Source: the human T2T-CHM13v2.0 reference genome, Homo sapiens | DNA: 64,000 nt | Reading direction: 5' to 3' (one strand) | NCBI RefSeq assembly: GCF_009914755.1 | Contig: NC_060933.1 | Shown: positions 29,680 through 45,432 of the stretch, piece after piece | How positions within the stretch are numbered: the stretch's first letter is position 1 | Layout: each line of letters opens with the position of its first letter | Program-made: the position numbers and the translations under genes | Notes under the pieces: model-generated | What the model saw: the letters and a program-made list of their open reading frames with translations, nothing else | The model's database searches: none | Told to the model about the DNA's origin: nothing

Positions 29680-30120
29680 CTTTAGGATTTTCTAAGAGCA
29701 GTACAGAGGGTCTTCATATCATTTTCACCCAGCTTCCTCTGTCAACATTTTGCTTGATGATATACAATGATCAAAACTAAAACATTGGTACCATAGCACT
29801 ACTACAGAATTTATTTGCACTTCACCAGTTTTCTCACTAAGGTTCATTTACTGTTCCAGAATCCAGTCCAGGATCTGGCATTGCCTTTAGTTGTTGTGCC
29901 TACTTAGTCTTCTCCAGTCTGTGACAGTTCTTCAGTCTTTTTCTTTCATGACCTTGACACTTTGGAAGAGTGCTGGTCATTTGTTTCATAGAATGTTTCT
30001 TAATTTGGGTTTATGTGCTGTTTTCTCATAATTAGATCAAGGGTACACATTTTCAGCAACAATACTATAAAAGTAGCGTACCCTTCCCAGCGTACACATT
30101 AGGGGGTACATGACAGAAAT
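29680..30120 (-). mobile_element. Old L1MC-type 3' fragment
   Basis: TTTCATGACCTTGACACTTTGGAAGAGTGCTGGTCA block. Confidence 0.55.
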
Positions 30121-30628
30121 GGCATATTTTTAGTCAAATGAGTGGCACGATACAATTCACAATTTAAAATAAAAAGACAACTCAGGCAGCTATGTGCAGG
30201 GTAGGCTGGAGAGAGGAAGATTACTGTCAAAGCCACCAGTTAAGAGGCTGTTGTAATAAACTAGACAGGGAATGAGCAAAGGTGCTCTGAACAAAGGCTG
30301 TAGTTGCAGAGACAAATGAAAGTCTGAATATGAGATTTCTGAAGTAAAAATAATAGGATCTGGGGGCTGTTTCCATAAGTGGAGTGAAGAGAGAGAGGAA
30401 GTGAGGGTAATTACTAGGATATTAGGTAGATGGTTGACTCCATTGTCAATTGGTGGCCAAGATCTTTGTAATTTAGATTCCTTAGTAAGATTTTAAAATA
30501 ATTTGCTAATGTGTGACTGCCTCCATGTTTGTGATAAAGAGAGGGGATGGGGCAGAGATGCTGAACAATTTATTGATTCTGTTTTCAAGTTCCAGGTTTG
30601 GAAATTAAGTATCTTTGGTTTATATCTA

Positions 30629-30910
<282 letters not shown>

Positions 30911-31433
30911 TCAGGGGCTGGCAACAGAATGTCATGGGAGCAGTTGTAAATTGTTCCACAGCCAAGGAGTCTTACACATAAATTACCTCTGGTGTTCCCC
31001 TGGAACACTGAAGCCAAGATGGATATTCAAGAGTAAAGTAATGAAAATTAATCTTTTTTGCTCATTGCTCTGTTAGAAATAGAGGGGAAATAAAACTCTT
31101 AAATTTCCCTAATTTTGGAGAAGCCTACCTGAGCTCCCATTGACCTAAAAACTGGACCTAAGGCTAACAATGTATCATGAAAGTAAGAAGGAAATTTAGC
31201 ATTTGAAAGCAGTGGGTTATCATTATATGTTAAATATCTACATCCCCAAATAAAAGAGGTTTTTAACGTGGGGCTGCATATCAGAATCATCTGCAGAGCT
31301 TTTAAACCATACAGGTGCCCAGGACCCATCCCAAGCAATTCTGATACAGTAGGTGTGTTATTCAGAATTTCTTTGGTTAGGAGTGGCAGAGAGCAATTCA
31401 AATCAGCCTCAGCCAACAATTGGAAGGGAGTTG

Positions 31434-31805
31434 TGTATTAGTTATCTAATGCTGCCTGACAGGTTACCCAAAGCTTAGCAGCTTATAACACAGTCACCTT
31501 GTACTGTTTCTTTGGTCAGGAGTTTGGGAGTGACTTAGCTGGTGATTCTACCTCTGAGTCTCTCACAAAGTTGAAATCAAGGTGTCAGCTGAGCTTCAGT
31601 CATCTGAAGGCTTGACTGGAGTTGGAGGACCTACTTTTGAGATGGTGCCTGTCACATGGCTGGCAAGCTGGTGCTGGCTCTTGGCAGGTGGTCCTGCTGT
31701 TTTGCCATATGGGTTTTTGCGCAGAATAGCTTGAGTATTCTCACAATGGGTTGGCTGGTTTTTCCCAGAGCAAGCAATCCAAGAGAGCAAGGCAAAGCAG
31801 CTCAA
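31434..31805. mobile_element. MaLR LTR (MLT1 family)
   Basis: TGTATTAGTTATCT..TGCTGC start; CATCTGAAGGCTTGACTGG; CACATGGCTGGCAAG. Confidence 0.7.
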
Positions 31806-32582
31806 TACAATTTTACAGCTGGGATTCAGGGGTCCTCGAGTAGGAGAAGGTGGGTGGTATGCATAGGTTGGATGATCTAATGCCGCAAAGGCTGAGGGCC
31901 ACCCTTATATGGAGTTTTAGGTACTAAGAGAAAATATACCACATGTTCCACTGTACCCATTTGTTTTTTAATAAGGTGAAAATAATTAAATAATTAAAAT
32001 GAATATCAAGGGAAGCCTTGAAGAGGAAAGAATAATACTTTTTAAAACTCCAAGGTTATGGATGACCTCCTTTAGCCACAGTGATAGACTTAGCTCTGTC
32101 TTTTAACCTTTAACATCTTTAATATTTGCAGAACCCTTTAGAGTTTCTCAGGTGATTTCATAACTTGTTATTTGAATTTAAGAACAAATCTTAGGTTTGT
32201 AGGATGGAATGAGGAGAGTTGGGATTGAAAGATGGAGCTAATAATAGTGAACACCCACCAGGTGCCAGGCACTTGGCTAGATGCTCTATATTCATGAACT
32301 CTTTAAATAAAATACCATGAAGCAGAAATGAATAATTTTAATTTTGAGGGAAGCTCAGCTTCCTTAGGCTTGGGGAGGTTAAATGACATGCTCATGGCCA
32401 AGCATCGGAGTCAGGCTGAGAACCCAGCTTTCCCAGTCCCATGTGCTTTTCAACTCAGCTGCTTCATTTTTCAGCATGACCAGCCATTGCTGTCACTTCC
32501 CTTATGCTCCATCCCTGACTTCCTCTTCCTCTTCTGGCAGCAAAGGACTCCCCAAAAGACAGAGGACCCTACAAATGTAGAC

Positions 32583-33320
<738 letters not shown>

Positions 33321-33763
33321 CAGGTCCAGACTTATTATGCCCTAAAAAGTTTTTTTCCTTTTGTTTTGGTAACTGCTTTATTGCAAGCCTATTGGAAAGA
33401 AAAAAAGAGACAGAGAGAGAGAAGGAAGTATATTGGATTGGAAAGGATAAGTAGTTCACAATTTATACTGAAATAAACCAAACAAGTCTGGCTCTAACAC
33501 TGACTACTTGAGTGGCCTCAAATAACATCTTGGTTCCTCATTTTCCTTTGTTGTCAAGTGTAGTAACACTTCTTAGGGTTGCCCTACCTTTCATGGATAT
33601 AGTAGAATAGGTGGCATGAATGGTGGAAAGCGCTTTGTGTTCCTGTAGGTATTTGGGTGAAATAAATCATTTTCAGGCAGTTTATATTATCTCTATTACT
33701 AATGTCTCAAGCTTTTTAATCACTCTTTTACCTTACAAATATGCTTAAATGTGATTTGAGTCA

Positions 33764-34177
<414 letters not shown>

Positions 34178-34424
34178 TCAACTTTCCCACCAAATGAATC
34201 TGCTATTTCTAGCAGCTGTAGACCAGCTGAACAACACGTCCTAAATCCAGTATTATCAGGGTGATCATAGGCGAGAACAAGGGACCTTCTTTTCTGAGCC
34301 TTGCAACACCTCTGCAGGACAGTAAGGACCACATAAAAATAGAGGTCTTGAGGAGCTCTCATCTTACATGCTCCACCTATCTAGGACTCCCAAACACTCA
34401 GCTAGTCATGTCCTTAGTGAAGTC

Positions 34425-34853
34425 TGTGGAGCCCTAATTAGGGAAAAGGAGTCAAGCTAGCGGGAGCAGAGGAAGGCAAAAAGAAAAAGCAGATAATCTC
34501 TAAGTCTGCCTTTCTTCACAGTCCAGGACACATAACCCTCCTGCGCAAATAACTCACAATCTTCCTGTGCCCAGACCCTTGGCTGATAGAAAAATGCAAG
34601 TTAGCTCACTGCAGCCTTGGCATTATCGGTACTGCATGTAACTCTCTCCAGCACAAGTACTATCCTATAAAATCCCCAGCAAGCCTTTGTCTCCTTGCAG
34701 TCAGCTCCTCTCTTGCTGACTTGCCCATTACTTCCTTGCAACATATTTTCATACTTTCTCTAATAAATCTAGCTTTCTTTATTTATAACGTCTTGGTAAA
34801 TTCTTCTTTACCACCCACACCACCAACCCCATAGTTGGCTTTCACTCACAACA
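34425..34853 (+). mobile_element. ERV1 solo LTR (MER83/MER84-like)
   Basis: TGTGGAGCCCTAATTAGGGAAAAGGAGTC start, TATAAAA 34666-34672, AATAAA 34762-34767, ...CAACA end, near-TSD AAGTC/AAATC. Confidence 0.75.
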
Positions 34854-34919
34854 AAATCTTATTCTTCTGACACTATCATTTTACTCCTGCCAATCTGATA
34901 GACAGTCACTTCTGCCAAT

Positions 34920-35260
34920 AGAGTCCAGTGGTTAAGAGCACGGACTCTGAAGTCAAATTTGAATTTGGCTCTGCCAATACTTGTGTGGCCTCGGTCAAGT
35001 TACTTAACATCTTTGTGCCTCATTTTCCTCATCTGAAAAGTAAAAATATCTCCTATTAGAGGTTTTTTTTTGTTTGTTTTGTTTTTGTTTGTTTTTTGTT
35101 TTGTTTTGTTTTTTTTGAGAGGGAGTCTCACTCTGTCGCACAGGCTGGAGTGCAGTGGCACGATCCTAATAGAATTTTATGAGTATTAAATGAGATCTAT
35201 GTAGGGAGCTTAGAATGGTGGCTGGTATATGATAAGCACTCTACAAGTTATAGCTATTTG
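34920..35260 (+). mobile_element. MIR interrupted by a severely 5'-truncated Alu (35061-35165, minus)
   Basis: MIR core CAAGTTACTTAACATCTTTGTGCCTCATTTTCCTCATCTG; TSD TCCTATTAGA/TCCTAATAGA. Confidence 0.8.
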
Positions 35261-35356
35261 AGGTATAACTTGAGATATAGCTACTTGAAGTATAATCTGA
35301 GTTACCTCCTCAGAACTTCAAGACTTAGGTAAATGGCTGTTTAAGTAGAAAGTCTA

Positions 35357-35717
<361 letters not shown>

Positions 35718-36621
35718 CTAAACCAAATAGCATTAAGTACTGATATCATCAATCTTTGATGCCTTTGTGCTTTATTCTACCATATCCATCCACCATTTGT
35801 AAAATAGGAAGAGGGACAAAAATGTGAGTATCAGGATAAGTGAGTCTCTGCAGAGTTCCTGCTGGGTCTCTCTTTTGCCTGGAGAAAGCACCAACTCACT
35901 CATGGAGATAAGTTCAAGGAGTGTCTTGAATTGAGTAGCTACAGATTCCAGGTACTCCTCAATCAGCCTCCTGTGATAATACAATTAAGTGAGCACAGCA
36001 TGTTCCAAAGTTAAAGGGCTTCTTTGATTGGTTCTTGGATTCTGAACTGTGAAGCCTCTTCCTAGAATGTAGTGTGGGTAGCCAAGATAACAGAGGTGTA
36101 ATTGCAAGCTACATGCATGATAGTGGCAAGCTAGGTCATAGAGTTTTGGGGCTAGCTTCATAATACAGTATAGCATGGTGGTTAAGAACTCACTATTTGG
36201 GCCATGCAAACTTGGGTTCCAAATCTGGCTCTGAAACTTGTAAGCCATGACATTTTGGGTAGTTACTTTACTACTCAAAGCTTCATGTTTATATAGTTGT
36301 TATAATGATTAAATAATGTATGTAAAGTATTGTCAAAATATACTTTCCAAAAGTTGAAAATATGACTCTCATACCAATATAAAGAGAACATGACTCAAAG
36401 ATTTATTCACTTAGCCTGGTAAGATGGTAAATCTTGTTCAAAGAGAATTGGAGGCAGCAAAGTATTCGTGGTGGCTGAAAGAAGAGTGTTTGAATAAGAT
36501 CATCAATTTGATATAAAACTGGTTAATGTGTAGAGCACTATAACAGTAACTTTTAGGATGATCTTTTCTACCAAAAAAATCATTTGCATCTCTACTGGAC
36601 AAATTTAATTTGTATCACAAT

Positions 36622-36849
36622 CAACAGTTCTCAAGTGGGGACGATTTTGCCCTCCAGGGGACAGTTGGCAATGTTTGAAGTTATTTTTGATTGTCACAAC
36701 TCTGTTGGAGGTAGGGGAGGCGGGTGCTACTAGCATCTAGTGGGTAGAGAACAAGGATGATACTAAACATCCTTTGATGCACAGGACAGCCTCCCACAAA
36801 AGAACTATCCAGCCCCAAATGCCAACAGTGCTGAGGTTGAGAAACCCAG
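36622..36849. mobile_element. MER20 hAT-Charlie element
   Basis: GATTTTGCCCTCCAGGGGACA...GCATCTAGTGGGTAGAG...AGTGCTGAGGTTGAGAAACCC. Confidence 0.85.
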
Positions 36850-37030
36850 GCTGTCAGCTTCTGCAAGTTAATATCTACCTTTATGAGATTTAAAATATGC
36901 TAATTAAGAGAAAACACCAAGTGAAAGGTACACACTCATGAAGAATTTGATAACCATTGGGCAAGTTGGTTAGACAATGCTCAGATAACCCTGAAAGGAC
37001 CTCTTTTGCTTATTTCCAAGTTTTAGAAAG

Positions 37031-37340
37031 TTTTCTTTTTTCTTTTTTTTTTTTTTGAGATGGAGTCTTGCTCTGTCACCCAGGCTGAAGTACAGTGGCA
37101 CCATCTCAGCTCACTGCAACCTCTGCCTCGTAGGTTCAAGACATTCTGCTGCCTCAGCCTTCTGAGTACCTGAGATTATAGGCACCTGCTACCACACCCA
37201 GCTAATTTTTTCTGTATTTTTAGTAGAGATGGGGTTTCTCCTGTTGGCCAGGCTGATCTTGAACTCCTCACCTCAAGTGATCTGCCTGCCTTGGCCTCCC
37301 AAAGTGCTGGGATTACAGGCGTGAGCCACCACGCCAGACC
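37031..37340 (-). mobile_element. Alu
   Basis: TSD CCAAGTTTTAGAAA at 37016-37029 and 37341-37354. Confidence 0.95.
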
Positions 37341-37973
37341 CCAAGTTTTAGAAAATGTTCTTAACAGCACTTGACACAGTACCTAGTCCATGATAGGTGC
37401 TGAGTAAATGTTAGTTATTACTGTAAATTTACAGGCCACTAGGTAGAAGGTCAAATTTCCATTCAATAAAATAAGCACATTATTAGACTGGAGTCTGTGA
37501 AGAGCACTACAGTGGCCATAGCACTGTCGGAAATTATTTTTGTTAGATTATTCCATCATAGTTACTTTGAGGTTTTAAGAAAGTCCTTCAGTATAACCTT
37601 CAGACTAACAGATGGTAGATCATGTCTAAAAAGCAAGCCATATTTTAAAATTATCTTGAAATCCTGGACTCAAAAAAACCAAGCCCCTCTTTCTGCCTGA
37701 GAAACTGTACCCTCAAATTGAGGGTATCCAACGTATCCTTAGGAAACCCATTGACTGTCTGATGTAGAACAAGTATGGTAAGGTAAAATTTCAGGACTGC
37801 CGTCTGTGGCACTTGTGATTGGCCAAAATGTTTTTATTCTATGGGCAAATGGTATGTGCATTGAATCTGAGAAATAAGAGGTGGCAAAAGTTTCTTTTTT
37901 TAAAAGGAAAGGACAGCCACACAGTTGCCCAAGTCCATCTTCGATAAATCAGTTGGATAGTACACCCAGTAGT

Positions 37974-38830
<857 letters not shown>

Positions 38831-38949
38831 CGATTCTGCAATATTTTAGGGGCTGATAATACTGATAATTTCAGGCTTTTAGTATCCAAATAACAATTCA
38901 GTGTGGCCCCTTCAGAGCCTGGAAGCTGCTATTTGTCCACTATAGAGCC

Positions 38950-39140
38950 GGAATTCTGAAAATGTGGTCCGTGGGTAATGAATATCAGCATCTAGCTAGA
39001 AACATGCTAGAAATGCAAATTTTAGGGCCCTATCCCAAACCTACTGAATCAGAAACTCTGGCGTTGGGGACTAGCAATCTATGTTTTAATAAGCTCTCCA
39101 AGTGATTCTGACACATGCTAAGGTTTGGAAACCACTGCCA
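38950..39140. mobile_element. MER5A
   Basis: AGAAATGCAAATT..CCTACTGAATCAGAAACTCTGG..TTTAATAAGCTCTCCAAGTGATTCTG. Confidence 0.8.
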
Positions 39141-39179
39141 TATGCGGGAAGTTCCAGGAATCTGCTTGTGCAAGCTTGA

Positions 39180-40303
<1,124 letters not shown>

Positions 40304-40597
40304 TTTTTCTGAACTCCCCACCATTGATGGCATATTGAAAGAACAGCTAGAGCCACAAACCACAGGTCAACACAGCCAGATGGTGGCATGGAGCTCCAGG
40401 ACCTCACCACTGTTTCTTACCCCATGGATAACCTGATGAAATGGCTTGCATCCTTGACTAGGCTCCAAAAGTGTGGAACAGAAAGCTTCATTTTGCCCTG
40501 ACAGAGCTCTTGCCTTTCCAGGCTCCTTGATTTGCTCCCTTAAAATAGGGAAAGAGAGATGATGTATTCTAGCAGGCTATTTTTCTGCCATTCTTTG

Positions 40598-41110
40598 TGT
40601 TGGGAACAAGTCCCCTGAAATCTGGCCATAAACTGGCCCCAAAACTGGCCATAAACAAAATCTCTGCAGCACCGTGACATGTTCACGATGGCCATAAAGC
40701 GCACACTGGAAGGTTGTGGGTTTACTGGAATGAGGACAAGGAACACCTGGCCCACCCAGGGCAGAAAACCGCTTAAAGGCATTCTTAAGCCACAAACAAT
40801 AGCATGAGCGATCTGTGCCTTAAGGACATGCTCCTGCTGCAGTTAACTAGCCCAACCTATTCCTTTAATTCGGCCCATCCCTTTGTTTCCCATAAGGGAT
40901 ACTTTTAGTTAATTTAATATCTATATGAACAATGCTGATGACTGGCTTGCTGTTAATAAATACGTGGGTAAATTCCTGTTCGTGGCTCTCAGCTCTGAAG
41001 GCTGTGAGACCTCTGATTTCCCACTGCACACCTCTATATTTCTGTATGTGTGTCTTTAATTCCTCTAGCACCGCTGGGTTAGGGTCTCCCTGACCGAGCT
41101 GGTCTCGGCA
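40598..41110 (+). mobile_element. MER9 solo LTR of HERV-K(HML-3)
   Basis: 513 nt, TGTTGGGAACAAG...GAGCTGGTCTCGGCA, repeated CTGGCCATAAAC, AATAAA, TSD CTTTG on both sides. Confidence 0.88.
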
Positions 41111-42492
41111 CTTTGTCTAAAATGAAAAATGTATGTGTGCATGCTTGTATGATGTCAGGATTGTGGACTTGTCCTGTCACCAGGTAGTTGCATGGTGTTG
41201 GACAGCTTTAGTTTCAATTTCAATACTAAGATATAGTGTTGGACTAATACCTCAACATTTTGTGACTGTCATATATCACAAGCATATACTTAAAAGATAA
41301 ACCATTTGGCTTGAATCTCATCCTTTAGTGTAATGGTCTGTGCATCTTTCAAACCTTTGAAATCGAACTCATGTTTAATTTAATACTAAACACAATGAAG
41401 CCTTCCTACAGCAAACTCATCTTAAAGGGACTGGGGTTATTTATGCACAGAAAGTGAAGACTTCAGCACATGTGCTCCTTGTCAAATATGTATTGTATCT
41501 TTCTAAATAGATAACAGTACCACCATTAACTCCTGTAATAAAGAGTAACTGTAATGTGAATCAGTGCATACAGAAATGAAGCACTGGTATTCTTATTTCA
41601 AATTCCTATTTATTTCTCACTGATACTAGTGAGCAAAAATATACTTATTTCTTCCCAAAATTACTGGAATGTTTTCCTTTTTGATGCATTTTTTTCTCAC
41701 AAGATATATTTTCTCTGACCTTCATATGCTGAAATGGGGAGAAAACTGATGATTCTCAATTAGCAGGGCCGTGCCTCTGCAGTGGGAAGGGGGAGAAGAG
41801 GGCATCTCAGAAATTCTTAGAAGTGAAGTTTAATAATCATATCTATACTCTATTTTTATCCTAATAAAATAAAACAAAATTCTCCTAATGTATTAATAAC
41901 ACAAATTACAGCAACCCAAACTTGATAAAATCATGGCCAGGGAAGTTATGCAGAAAAAGGCCGTGGTAGGCATCTTCAGTGGCTTTCCTATTTCCTCACT
42001 AAAAGATCCTTGATGTTGATCAGTGGCAACATCCCAAGGCAGAGTCACAATTGGTCTGAAACTATCATGACATCTTCCCAGCCTCCCTTGCAGGGAGAAG
42101 TGACTATATGACCCAATTCTGATGGGAAATGAGGATAGAGAGGTACACAGAAGCCAGATCAGAGAAAGCCTTGGAGGCCACATTAAAATATTTGAACTTT
42201 ATCCTTATTCTACACTACACCCATTCTAAATACTGTTGATATCCCTTATCTTAAAAAGAGAAAACCAAAACTTTAAATAGCTTGATTGAACTCATAGCTA
42301 CTGAGTGGATGAACTATAATTTGAGCCTGGGTTTTGTTTTTGTTTGTATTTTTTGTAGTGTGTGGGATCCAAAGAACTGTCTGGTCATCACCAAGTGAGT
42401 GCAAGCTAGTTAGAAATAAAGAAATAATGAGAGTTGACTGAGTCTGTAGAGAATGGTTAATGTAACAATATATTTTAAAGATTGAGAAAGTT

Positions 42493-42759
42493 GGCTGGGC
42501 ATGGTGGCTCACGCCTCTAATTCCAGCACTTTGGGAGGCCAAGGCTGGCGGATCACTAGGTCAGGAGATCAAGACTATCCTGAAACCCTGTCTCTACCAA
42601 AAATGCAAAGACTAACTGGGCATGGTAGCATGCGCCTGTAGTTCCAGCTACTCAGGAGGCTGAGGTGGGAGAATCGCTTGAACCCGGGAGGCCGAGACTG
42701 CGGTGACCGAGATCGCACCACTGCACTCCAGCCTGGCAACAGAGTGAGACTGTCTCAAA
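42493..42759 (+). mobile_element. Alu without polyA tail, joined directly to L1
   Basis: Ends ...GACTGTCTCAAAG|TTGGCTACATCCCTGGG. Confidence 0.92.
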
Positions 42760-45105
42760 GTTGGCTACATCCCTGGGATGCAAGGCTGGTTCAACATATG
42801 CAAATCAATGAACGTAATCCATCACATAAACACAACCAATGACAAAAACCACATGATTATCTCAATAGATGCAGAAAAGGCCTTCGACAAAATTCAACAG
42901 CCCTTCATGCTAAAAACTCTCAATAAACTAGGTATTGATGGAATGTATCTCAACATAATAAGAGCTATTTATGACAAACCCACAGCCAATATCATACTGA
43001 ATGGGCAAAAACTGGAAGCATTCCCTTTGAATACCTGCACAAGACAAGGATGCCCTCTCTCACCACTCCTATTCAACATAGTGTTGGAAGTTCTGGCCAG
43101 GGCAATCAGGCAAGAGAAAGAAATAAAGGATATTCGATTAGAAAACGAGGAAGTCAAATTGTCCCTGTTTGCAGATGACATGACTGTATACTTAGAAAAC
43201 CCCATTGTCTCAGCCCAAAATCTCCTTAAGCTGTTAAGAAACTTCAGCAAAGTCTCAGGATATAAAATCAATGTGCAAAAATCACAAGCATTCCTATACA
43301 CCAATGACAAACAGAGAGCCAAATCATGTGTGAACTCCCATTCACACTTGCTTCAAAGAGAATAAAATACCTAGGAATCCAACTTACAAGGGATGTGAAG
43401 GACCTCTTCAAGGAGAACTACAAACCACTGCTTAACAAAATAAAAGAGGACACAAACAAATGGAAGAACATTCCATGCTCATTGATAGGAAGAATCAATA
43501 TAGTGAAAATGGCCATACTGCCCAAGATAATTTATAGATTCAATGCTATCCCCATTAAGCTACCAATGACTTTCTTCACAGAATTGGAAAAAACTACTTT
43601 AAAGTTCATATGGAACCAAAAAAGAGCCCGCATCGCCAAGACAATCCTAAGCAAAAGGAAAAAAGCTGGAGGCAGCACGCCACCTGACTTCAAACTATTC
43701 TACAAAGCTACAGTAACCAAAACAGCATGGTACTGGTACCAAAACAGATATATAGACCAATGGAACAAAACAGAGGCCTCAGAAATAACACCACACATCT
43801 ACAACCATCTGATCTTTGACAAACCTGACAAAAACAAGCAATGGGGAAAGGATTCCCCATTTATAAATGGTGCCAGGAAAAGTGGCTAGCCATATGTAGA
43901 AAGCTGAAACTAGACCTCTTCCTTACACCTTATACAAAAATTAATTCAAGATGGATTAAAGACTTAAATGTTAGACCTAAAACCACAAAAATCCTAGAAG
44001 AAAACCTAGGCAATACCATTCAGGACATAAGCATGGGCAAGGACTTCATGACTAAAACATCAAAAGCAATGGCAACAAAAGCCAAAATAGACAAATGGGA
44101 TCTAATTAAACTAAAGAGCTTCTGCATGGCAAAAGAAACTACCATCAGAGTGAACAGGCAACCTACAGAATGGGAGAAAATTTTTGCGATCTACTCATCT
44201 GACAAAGGGCTAATATCCAGAATCTACAAAGAACTCAAACAAATTTACAAGAGAAAAACAAACAACCCCATCAAAAAGTGGGCAAAGGATATGAACAGAC
44301 ACTTCTCAAAAGAAGACTTCTATGTAGCCAACAGACACATGAAAAAATGCTCATTATCACTGGTCATCAGAGAAATGCAAATCAAAACCACAATGAGATA
44401 CCATCTCACACCAGTTAGAATGGTGATCATTAAAAAGTCAGGAAACAATAGATGCTGGATAGGATGTGGAGAAATAGGAACACTTTTACACTGTTGGTGG
44501 GACTGTAAACTAGTTCAACCATTGTGGAAGACAGTGTGGTGATTCCTCAAGGATCTAGAACTAGAAATACCATTTGACCCAGTGATCCCATTACTGGGTA
44601 TATACCAAAAGGATTATAAATCATGCTACTATAAAGACACGTGCACATTTATGCTTATTGCGGCACTATTCACAATAGTAAAGACTTGGAACCAACCCAA
44701 ATGTCCATCAATGATAGACTGGATTAAGAAAATGTGGCACATATACACAATGGAATACTATGCAGCCATAAAAAAGGATGAGTTCATGTCGTTTACAGGG
44801 ACATGGATGAAGCTGGAAGCCATCATTCTCAGCAAACTATCACAAAGATAGAAAACCAAACATTGAATGTTCTCACTCATAGGTGGGAATTGAACAATGA
44901 GATCACTTGGATACAGGGCTGGGAACATCACACACCAGGGTCTGTCGGGGGTGGGGGGCTGGGGGAGGGATAGCATTAGGAGAAATACCTAATGCAAATG
45001 ATGAGTTGATGGGTGCAGCAAACCAACATGGCACATGCATAACTATGTATCAAACCTGCACATGGTGCACATGTACCCTAGAACTTAAAGTATATATAAA
45101 AAAAA
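42757..45105 (+). mobile_element. 5'-truncated L1PA (ORF2 RT/C-terminal region + 3' UTR), frameshifted
   Basis: ORFs 42778..43365, 43326..43889, 43841..44542, 44582..44851 translate L1 ORF2p ([28 protein letters not shown]); G-rich 3' UTR, short polyA, TSD AAAGATTGAGA. Confidence 0.97.
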
Positions 45106-45109
45106 GATT

Positions 45110-45399
45110 GAGATGGTTGTGTGTAATCTTTTTATTAATAAGCAAAAGATTGTTCAGTACATAATTTAAATTCCAGCATTGAAAGCAGCCTCAAGAGATC
45201 ACACAATTCAGATCTCCTTCTGTGCTTTCCAAAGATAGGTCCCCTGGATTCCACATGATTGAAGTAATTGCTTATTTCTGTGATTTTAGACCACTGGTTT
45301 GACAAAAACAAAATGAACCACGACGGGGGAGAAAGAAACCAGAAACCCTATTTGTAACAAAGTCTCAACAATGAGATACAATGGTATTAGATACACGCC

Positions 45400-45432
<33 letters not shown>

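Noticed and set aside
37708-37726. Palindrome TACCCTCAA-A-TTGAGGGTA
   Set aside because: 9-bp arms are expected by chance in 64 kb; no supporting context
40620-40700. Spaced direct repeats (TGGCCATAAA x3) resembling an array
   Set aside because: Intrinsic feature of the MER9 LTR U3 region; not CRISPR-like
42778-44851. Reverse-transcriptase-like ORFs as a novel RT system
   Set aside because: Ordinary 5'-truncated L1 ORF2 broken by frameshifts and a stop; no promoter, ORF1 or endonuclease domain
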